Positions 57,198 to 64,000 of a stretch of DNA of 64,000 nt are shown here, piece by piece; positions within the stretch are counted from its first letter, which is position 1; every line of letters begins with the position of its first letter. A program made the translations under genes and the position numbers. The stretch is from an uncultured Blautia sp. (GTDB lineage: Bacteria > Bacillota > Clostridia > Lachnospirales > Lachnospiraceae), in the NCBI GenBank assembly GCA_964528895.1, contig CAZGTY010000005.1, positions 245-64,244 of the forward strand, in the 5' to 3' direction. Below the pieces are notes generated by a model. That model did not search any database and was not told the DNA's origin. It saw nothing but the letters and a program-made list of their open reading frames with translations.

Positions 57198-58379
57198 TCA
57201 GCCTATCTCTATGATCTCCACACTCCTCAGCGCTTCCTCCACAAGCTCGTCGATCTTCTCCGCCAGCTTTTCCTCCGAGCGATGAATCATTTTCAGATTC
57301 GGCTTCGTCACGGGATGCTTTGCCACAAAAATAGTACAACAGTCCTCAAAGGGCTGGATGGAAGTCTCAAAAGCGCCGATCTTTCTGGAAATCTCCACGA
57401 TCTCCTGCTTATCCATACCGATCACCGGCCTGTATACGGGCAGCGTACACACCTCGTTGGTGACCGCAAGGCTCTGCATGGTCTGACTGGCCACCTGCCC
57501 GATGCTCTCACCTGTGATAAGTCCCAGGCAACGGCTCTCTTTTGCGAAATGCTCCGCAATACGCATCATATACCTGCGCATAATGATCGTAAGCTCCTCA
57601 TGAGGACACCGATCGTAAATATAGAGCTGAATATCCGTAAAATTCACCACATGAAGCCGGATCGGCCCGCTGTATCCGGCCACCAGCGCAGCCAGATCCA
57701 CCACCTTCTGCTTCGCGCGCTCACTGGTATACGGTGGCGCATGAAAATAAACCGCGTCGATCTTAACGCCCCGCTTGGCGATCATATAGCCCGCCACCGG
57801 GCTGTCGATGCCGCCGGAAAGAAGCAGCATCGCACTTCCGTTCGTGCCTGTGGGCATACCGCCCGGTCCGGGCAGCGTCTCAGAATAAACATATATCTTG
57901 TCCCGGATTTCCACAGAAAGGGTAATCTTCGGAGCATGCACATCCACAGAGGCTCCGGGAAACGCATCCAAAATAGCGGCCCCCAGCTGTGCGCTAACCT
58001 CCATGGAATTCACCGGATAAGATTTTTTTGCCCTTCTTGTATACACCTTAAAGGAATCCGAAAACCCGGGATAAACGGCCTGCATATAGGCAACCGCATC
58101 CCTCCCGAGCTGCTCCAGGCCCTGCTCCTCATAAATGATCACCGGACATATCCCCACAACGCCAAACACGCGCTGCAGGGCCTGCACCGCCTCCTCATAA
58201 TCATAAATCTCCGGACAGAACACATAAACCCGACCCTGCTCCCTGGTAACGGTAAACTCACCCTCCACCCGTTCCAGAGCCATGCGTATCTGCTTCACCA
58301 GCGCATTCTCAAAAAGATAGCGATTCTTTCCTTTAATTGCAATCTCTGCATATTTGATCAAAAACGCATGAAACAACAT
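57198..58379 (-). CDS. thiI: tRNA 4-thiouridine synthase ThiI
   Basis: EIAIKGKNR, LLSGGIDSPVA, GESIGQVASQT, EDCCTIF. Confidence 0.95.
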   Translation of the reverse strand: MLFHAFLIKYAEIAIKGKNRYLFENALVKQIRMALERVEGEFTVTREQGRVYVFCPEIYDYEEAVQALQRVFGVVGICPVIIYEEQGLEQLGRDAVAYMQAVYPGFSDSFKVYTRRAKKSYPVNSMEVSAQLGAAILDAFPGASVDVHAPKITLSVEIRDKIYVYSETLPGPGGMPTGTNGSAMLLLSGGIDSPVAGYMIAKRGVKIDAVYFHAPPYTSERAKQKVVDLAALVAGYSGPIRLHVVNFTDIQLYIYDRCPHEELTIIMRRYMMRIAEHFAKESRCLGLITGESIGQVASQTMQSLAVTNEVCTLPVYRPVIGMDKQEIVEISRKIGAFETSIQPFEDCCTIFVAKHPVTKPNLKMIHRSEEKLAEKIDELVEEALRSVEIIEIG

Positions 58380-58476
58380 GTTTATTCTCCTTTTCCTCAT
58401 AGCTGTCCCGCCTCCGGACGGCATCCACTGCCCCGCAGCGGCTCCCATCCCCATTCATTTGGGAATCAGTCTTATA

Positions 58477-59631
58477 TCAACGTCTTGAATACCTCCTGAG
58501 CATGGGAAGCGCCTCTCCCAGCGCCTTCAGGCAATAGTCCACTTCCTCCGCCGTATTCTCCTCAGAGAAGCTGATGCGCACCGTGCTCTCGATCTGATCC
58601 TTTAAAAGCCCCATGGCCGTCAGGGTGCTGCTGGGCTTTCTCTTATGACTTGAGCAGGCGCTGCCCGCCGAAACATAGATCTGTTTTTCCTCCAGGGTAT
58701 GAAGCAGGACCTCACTTCGGACTCCCGGAAAGCTGACGCTCAGAATATGGGGCGCTCCCTCCGGAAGGGCCATGCCGTTGATGACCACATCATCCAGCTT
58801 CATAAGCCCGTCCGCCATTCTCTGCTTCAGTTCATAAAGGTGCTCGATCCTGCTGTCAAAATCACAGTAAATTTCCTCCGCTGCCGCTCCAAGCCCGGCA
58901 ATCCCGGGCACATTATCCGTACCTGAACGCATACCGCCCTGCTGGCCGCCGCCCAGTATCTGAGGCTGCACCTTTGCCCTTTCATTTATATATAAAAGGC
59001 CGATTCCCTTCGGGCCATGTATTTTGTGGCCGCTGACGGACAGAAGATCAATCCCCAGCTTCTTCGGATAAATCCGGTATTTGCCGAAAGCCTGAATGGC
59101 ATCCACGTGAAACAGAGCCTTCGGGCTCTTTTCATGCACCAGCCTTCCGATCTCCTCTATGGGCATCACGGCGCCCACCTCATTATTCACATACATAACA
59201 GACACCAGAATGGTATCCTCACGGAGGGCTTCCTTCAACGCTTCCAGTCTGACTACGCCCCGGGCATCCACCGGAAGGTAAGTCACCTCAAAGCCCTGTC
59301 CCTCCAAATATGCCGCAGGCTGGCTCACGGCCGCATGTTCCACCGCCGTTGTAATTATGTGATTTCCCCTTCGCCTGTTTGCCATAGCGCCGCCGATCAG
59401 AGCCAGATTATCAGATTCCGTCCCCCCGGAGGTAAAAAGGATCTCCTTTTCCTTCACCTTCATAAGCTGCGCCAGGATCCTGGCCGAATTCTTTACATAT
59501 TGTTCCGCTTCCACCCCTCTGGTGTGCATGGCAGAAGGATTTCCAAAATCCTCTGTCATGGTGCGCACTACGATGTCCCGCACACAGTCATAGCATCGGG
59601 TGGTGGCTGAATTATCAAAATATGCTTTCAT
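58477..59631 (-). CDS. Cysteine desulfurase (NifZ/IscS-like)
   Basis: YFDNSATT, FTSGGTESDN, SGHKIHGPKG, SAGSACSS; adjacent to thiI. Confidence 0.94.
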   Translation of the reverse strand: MKAYFDNSATTRCYDCVRDIVVRTMTEDFGNPSAMHTRGVEAEQYVKNSARILAQLMKVKEKEILFTSGGTESDNLALIGGAMANRRRGNHIITTAVEHAAVSQPAAYLEGQGFEVTYLPVDARGVVRLEALKEALREDTILVSVMYVNNEVGAVMPIEEIGRLVHEKSPKALFHVDAIQAFGKYRIYPKKLGIDLLSVSGHKIHGPKGIGLLYINERAKVQPQILGGGQQGGMRSGTDNVPGIAGLGAAAEEIYCDFDSRIEHLYELKQRMADGLMKLDDVVINGMALPEGAPHILSVSFPGVRSEVLLHTLEEKQIYVSAGSACSSHKRKPSSTLTAMGLLKDQIESTVRISFSEENTAEEVDYCLKALGEALPMLRRYSRR

Positions 59632-59639
59632 TTTTCTCC

Positions 59640-60383
59640 TCAATCTTCCTCCAGCAGAAACATCAATATGGACAGGGCGGTAAGCCCCGCCGTCTCCGTG
59701 CGGAGGATTCTCCTGCCCAGAGTGATGGGACGCGCCCCGGCTTCCATGGCCGCTGCGACCTCTTCCTCGTCAAATCCGCCCTCCGGGCCGATAAAGATGC
59801 CGATGGATGCGCCTGCCGGAATTTCCGCCAGGATCTCCCGGGTTTTTTTAAGCCCCTTTGCCAGCTCATAGGGTATCAGCCGCACACCCAGCCCTCTGCT
59901 GTATTCCAGAGCTTCCCAAAAGCTCATCAGGGGATGCACCCGGGGAATCAGCATTCGTTTGGACTGCTCCGCCGCGCTCCGGGAGATCTGCTGCCAGCGG
60001 GAAACCTTCTTTTCCGCCTTTTTCTCATCCAGCTTCACCACGCACCTGCGCGTCTCCACGGGAATGATCTCATAAGCCCCCAGCTCCACCGCCTTCTGGA
60101 TGATCAGTTCCATCTTATCGGCCTTCGGAAGTCCCTGAAAAAGATAGATCTTATTAGGGAGCTCGTAATCCGGCTCCTGGGCATAGAAAACATGCAGGAG
60201 CGCTTCCTCATCCAGACGCTCAATGCCGCAGCGGTACTCCTTTTGTCCCCCGTCGCTGACCCACAGCTCCCCGCCGGTTTTCATGCGCAGAACGTTTTTT
60301 ATGTGATTCACGTCACTGCCGGTGATACGGATACGGCGGCCTTCCTCATCTATCTGGTGTGGTTCTACAAAAAAACGATGCAT
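59640..60383 (-). CDS. rsmE: 16S rRNA m3U1498 methyltransferase
   Basis: HIKNVLRM, QKAVELG, AAEQS, IGPEGGF, LGRRILRTETA. Confidence 0.95.
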   Translation of the reverse strand: MHRFFVEPHQIDEEGRRIRITGSDVNHIKNVLRMKTGGELWVSDGGQKEYRCGIERLDEEALLHVFYAQEPDYELPNKIYLFQGLPKADKMELIIQKAVELGAYEIIPVETRRCVVKLDEKKAEKKVSRWQQISRSAAEQSKRMLIPRVHPLMSFWEALEYSRGLGVRLIPYELAKGLKKTREILAEIPAGASIGIFIGPEGGFDEEEVAAAMEAGARPITLGRRILRTETAGLTALSILMFLLEED

Positions 60384-60385
60384 CC

Positions 60386-61345
60386 TCAGTCCTTTCTGGC
60401 TGTTACAGACACCCATTCGCCCTGCCTCGTCACTTCCACAAGGGTAAGTCCAGCTTTCTTTATCGCTTCCATTACCACATCCTCCTTTACATCCAGAATA
60501 CCGGATGTAATGTAGTAACCGCCTTTTTTCATATGATTTACGATCACCGGGGTGAGGTAAACCAGCACCTCCGCCAGGATATTGGCTGCTACAATATCAT
60601 ATTTTCCGTAACCCACCTGATCCTGCACGTTTTTATCATCGATAATATTTCCGATCATCATGTCAAAGTCCTGATCCGGAATCCGGTTTGCTTCCTTATT
60701 CTCCGCGACAGCAGAGACCGCGCAGGGATCCAGATCGGTTCCCGTCACATGTCCTGCTCCCAGCTTCAGAGCTGTGATTCCCAGGATCCCGCTGCCGGTT
60801 CCCACATCCAGCATCTCCGCATCCTCCGACACGTATTTTTTCAGCTGCCGGATCACCAGCTGGGTAGTTTCATGCATCCCCGTTCCAAAAGCGGTACCGG
60901 GGTCAATGTGCAGGATCATTTTGTCCGCGTCCTCAGCCTTAACCTCTTCCCACGACGGTACGATCAGAATATCATCCACATAAAACTGATGGAAATATTC
61001 CTTCCAATTATTGATCCAGTCCCTGTCCTCCGTCTGCGACTCCGTAATGGTTCCCTCGCCGATATCCATGAAGCTCCTGAGCTCTTCAAGAGCATTTTTC
61101 ACATTTTCCAGAATACTCTCCTTATCCGCATCCTCCTCCAGATAGAAATTCAGATAAGCTATTCCGTCATCCTCAGACCCCTCCGGCATAATGTCCACAA
61201 ACATCTGCGCCTTGTCCTCCTCTGTCAGCGGCTGCTTGTCCTGAATCTCCACTCCCTCAATGCCAATCTCATCCAGGGTGCAGATCACTATATCTTCCGC
61301 CTCTGTCTTCGTTTTAATGGTAAAACGATTCCATTTCATAATCAT
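60386..61345 (-). CDS. prmA: Ribosomal protein L11 methyltransferase
   Basis: DPGTAFGTGMHETT, LDVGTGSGIL, ANILAE, TSGI. Confidence 0.95.
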   Translation of the reverse strand: MIMKWNRFTIKTKTEAEDIVICTLDEIGIEGVEIQDKQPLTEEDKAQMFVDIMPEGSEDDGIAYLNFYLEEDADKESILENVKNALEELRSFMDIGEGTITESQTEDRDWINNWKEYFHQFYVDDILIVPSWEEVKAEDADKMILHIDPGTAFGTGMHETTQLVIRQLKKYVSEDAEMLDVGTGSGILGITALKLGAGHVTGTDLDPCAVSAVAENKEANRIPDQDFDMMIGNIIDDKNVQDQVGYGKYDIVAANILAEVLVYLTPVIVNHMKKGGYYITSGILDVKEDVVMEAIKKAGLTLVEVTRQGEWVSVTARKD

Positions 61346-61389
61346 TTTCTCCTGTTTTTATTTCTTTCCGCCGAGATTCTGCCCGCAGG

Positions 61390-62301
61390 CTATATAAACA
61401 TAACAACCAGCGGGATCGTTGCCAGAGAAGCCACTGTACTGAGAATAATCCCCCTGGATAAAACCTCCCCGTCTCCCCCGATCTCCTCCACACGCATCAG
61501 CGGAAGGTTTGCCGCAGGCACGCTGGTCATCAGCACCATAACTCCATAAATAAGCTCGTCATGAATAAACAGACGCAGCAGGAAGCTCACCGCAATGGGA
61601 AACGCCAGGAATCTCAATAAAATAAACGCATACATTTTTATCTGTTTAAAAACAGACACAATATCCACCTTCGCAAGGGATGCTCCCACCACTACCATGG
61701 CAAGGAAGGTTGTGGAATCCGCTATATAACCCACCGCGCTGGTCAGGATCTCCGGCAGACGCGGCTGTCCAAAATAGATGGCCAGAGTAATAATAAGGGA
61801 AAGATTTCCCATGTTCAGGAAATTTTTCAGAGAAAATCCGCCCCTTCCGCCGCTGGCCAGCCAAATTCCATATGTGTAAAAAATCAGATTAAAATAGGCA
61901 TTGACAATAACCAGATAGATCAGCGAACCGTCTCCCAGAACAGCGGATACCAGAGGTATGCCGATAAATCCCGTATTTCCAAACAGACACATCATAGCAA
62001 AATGATTGCGCCATTTTTTTCCCACATGCAAAAGCGCAGGAAACAGCCACGAACTCAGCAGCATAGCTCCATAGATCACCGCGCCGCCCAGCGCTCCGAT
62101 GAGAAGCTTTTCGCCGGTAACGGAAGGATCACGTTCAAAAACGCTCCGGATCAGCAGGGCCGGGTTACAGATATTTACCACCAGGGCGGACACTCCTTTG
62201 GTGGCCTCTGCCGTCAGCAATCCTTTTTTATACGCAGCATAACCGGTCATCATTAGAAGAAAAATGATCAGCATTTGCTGAAATACAACACCTGCGCTCA
62301 T
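61390..62301 (-). CDS. AEC (auxin efflux carrier) family transporter
   Basis: About 10 TM; FGNTGFIGIPLV, LAMVVVG, SVPAA, ILSTVASLATIP. Confidence 0.88.
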   Translation of the reverse strand: MSAGVVFQQMLIIFLLMMTGYAAYKKGLLTAEATKGVSALVVNICNPALLIRSVFERDPSVTGEKLLIGALGGAVIYGAMLLSSWLFPALLHVGKKWRNHFAMMCLFGNTGFIGIPLVSAVLGDGSLIYLVIVNAYFNLIFYTYGIWLASGGRGGFSLKNFLNMGNLSLIITLAIYFGQPRLPEILTSAVGYIADSTTFLAMVVVGASLAKVDIVSVFKQIKMYAFILLRFLAFPIAVSFLLRLFIHDELIYGVMVLMTSVPAANLPLMRVEEIGGDGEVLSRGIILSTVASLATIPLVVMFI

Positions 62302-62373
62302 GTGATTCTCCTTTGTCCATCTCATATCACTCTTTATGACGCTTACTATAATATACACGAATGTCCAAAAAAA

Positions 62374-62397
62374 GAAAAGAGGATTCCTCCTCTTTTC
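62374..62397 (-). terminator. dnaJ terminator
   Basis: GAAAAGAGGA...TCCTCTTTTC followed by a T-run on the minus strand. Confidence 0.7.
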
Positions 62398-62453
62398 CCA
62401 AAATTATTCCATAACGTTTTCATCCTGTCATGGAAATAAAATAAGTACGGTCA

Positions 62454-63632
62454 TTATTCCTCAAAGGTTTCTTTCAGCTTATCCATGAAGCTTTTTTTCT
62501 TCCTTTCGGCCTTCTCCCCGCCTGTGCTGCCGCTGTTCAGGGTATCGCCGCAGGCCTCGTCGAACCGCCGGAGGGCTTCCCTTGCCTCTGCATTGAGATT
62601 TGTGGGAACCTGAACCACCAGCGTCACATAATGATCGCCCCGCACGCTCTTATTGCGGAGAGACGGAACGCCCTTACCCTTGAGCCGTATCCTGGTATCT
62701 GTCTGCGTACCGGGCTTCACATCGTAGGCCACCTGACCGTCCACCGTATTGATGCGCACCTCACCGCCCAATGCAGCCTGTGCATAGGAAATGGGGGCTG
62801 TGGAATAGATGTCCATGCCATCTCTCTGGAAGATCGGATGTCTGGCAATATTCACCTCCACAAGCAGATCGCCTCTGGGACCGCCGTTTGTCCCCAATTC
62901 ACCCTTATCGCGGATGCGGATACTCTGTCCGTTATCGATACCTGCGGGAACTGTGACAGAGATTTTCTTTCTGGATGAGGTATATCCGGTTCCCCGGCAG
63001 GAGGGACATTTTTCTTTTATGATCTTGCCGGTTCCATGACAATCCGGACATGTCTGCACATTCCGAACCATGCCGAACATGGACTGTTGGGTAAATACCA
63101 CCTGGCCCTCTCCGTTACACTTCGGACAGGTCACAGGCTCTGTGCCCGGTTTTGCCCCTGTCCCATGGCAGGAAGTACATGCATCCTTCAGCACGATCTC
63201 CAATTCCTTCTCGCAGCCAAAAACAGCTTCCTCAAAAGTAATATTAACACGCGCGCGAAGATTGGAGCCTTTCATAGGCCCGCTGTTCCCGCGCCTTCTG
63301 CTGCTGCCGCCAAATAAATCGCCAAAAATGTCGCCGAATATGTCGCCCATATCCGCGCCGCTGAAATCAAAGCCTCCGAAGCCTCCGGCTCCACCGCCTC
63401 CATTTTCAAAGGCTGCATGGCCAAACTGGTCATACTGCCGTCTTTTATCAGGGTCGCTGAGAACCGTATACGCTTCCGTGGCTTCTTTAAATTTTGCCTC
63501 AGCATTTTTATCACCCGGATTAACATCCGGGTGATATTTTTTGGCCAATTTACGATATGCTCTTTTTAACTCGGCGTCATCGGCATTTTTCCCGACGCCA
63601 AGGACTTCATAGTAATCTCTCTTATCAGCCAT
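62454..63632 (-). CDS. dnaJ: Chaperone DnaJ
   Basis: J domain with HPD, G/F-rich region, four CxxCxGxG repeats. Confidence 0.98.
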   Translation of the reverse strand: MADKRDYYEVLGVGKNADDAELKRAYRKLAKKYHPDVNPGDKNAEAKFKEATEAYTVLSDPDKRRQYDQFGHAAFENGGGGAGGFGGFDFSGADMGDIFGDIFGDLFGGSSRRRGNSGPMKGSNLRARVNITFEEAVFGCEKELEIVLKDACTSCHGTGAKPGTEPVTCPKCNGEGQVVFTQQSMFGMVRNVQTCPDCHGTGKIIKEKCPSCRGTGYTSSRKKISVTVPAGIDNGQSIRIRDKGELGTNGGPRGDLLVEVNIARHPIFQRDGMDIYSTAPISYAQAALGGEVRINTVDGQVAYDVKPGTQTDTRIRLKGKGVPSLRNKSVRGDHYVTLVVQVPTNLNAEAREALRRFDEACGDTLNSGSTGGEKAERKKKSFMDKLKETFEE

Positions 63633-63657
63633 AGCTTCTCATTCCAATGCGTTATTA

Positions 63658-64000
63658 TCAGACTTCTTTATAATCAGCATCTACCACATCATCGCCGTAG
63701 CCGGCCTCATCACCGCCCTGGGACGAACCGCCTCCCATGTTCATATCCGGGCCTGACTGGCCGCCGTTCTGCTGTGACTGCTGCTCATACATCTTTGCAA
63801 ACAGCTTCTGCGCGCTCTCCATCATCTTTTCCTGGGCAGCTTTAATTTCAGCGACCTGGGAATCTGTCATTTCCTCTACGTTTGCAGTCTTTGAAAGGAG
63901 ATCCTTCAATGCGTTCAGATCCGCCTCTACCGCTGTTTTATCATTTCCATCCAGCTTATCGCCAACCTCTTTCAGCGCATTCTCGACCTGGAATACCATG
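63658..64000 (-). CDS. dnaK: Chaperone DnaK, C-terminal fragment (partial)
   Basis: Helical lid then DDVVDADYKEV tail, directly upstream of dnaJ. Confidence 0.93.
   Translation of the reverse strand, partial: MVFQVENALKEVGDKLDGNDKTAVEADLNALKDLLSKTANVEEMTDSQVAEIKAAQEKMMESAQKLFAKMYEQQSQQNGGQSGPDMNMGGGSSQGGDEAGYGDDVVDADYKEV

Noticed and set aside
38456-61549. Long plus-strand ORFs (38456..39880, 44235..45500, 52362..53975, 55422..56738, 57144..58499, 60359..61549)
   Set aside because: They mirror well-supported genes on the opposite strand and show no RBS or motifs; typical codon-bias shadows
1-64000. Transposases, integrases, prophage, defence genes, rRNA/tRNA
   Set aside because: No supporting motifs or structures seen; short structured RNAs cannot be excluded without an Rfam scan

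Overview
Chromosomal window from a low-GC-Gram-positive anaerobe, very likely Lachnospiraceae (sigK, IreB, DUF5716/5717-like operon, gene order). Positions 1-34.4 kb are an accessory glycoside-utilisation region: two membrane-anchored, domain-permuted GH3s, three GH2s, a secreted GH78, GH5, a polytopic-membrane GH43, an esterase, AraC and GHKL/LytTR regulators, a GGDEF-PAS-EAL protein and a Gld-like ABC system. It has no classical sugar importer. Positions 34.5-64 kb are mostly housekeeping genes (purA/B/C, amino-acid ABC, sigK, rnj, mtaB, thiI, rsmE, prmA, dnaJ, 3' end of dnaK). The best novel signals are: (i) an unnamed ~90-aa secreted domain, present three times in one acidic protein and once in a separate small protein next to the LytTR system; (ii) a shared 21-bp-period direct-repeat operator in identical geometry upstream of both glycosidase operons; (iii) a three-gene operon encoding a divergent Hsp70-like protein, a TPR-like protein and a 1181-aa scaffold; (iv) a sigK with no pro-sequence and no skin element. 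No rRNA, tRNA, CRISPR array or transposase was seen. All family assignments come from motif recognition by eye, not from database searches.
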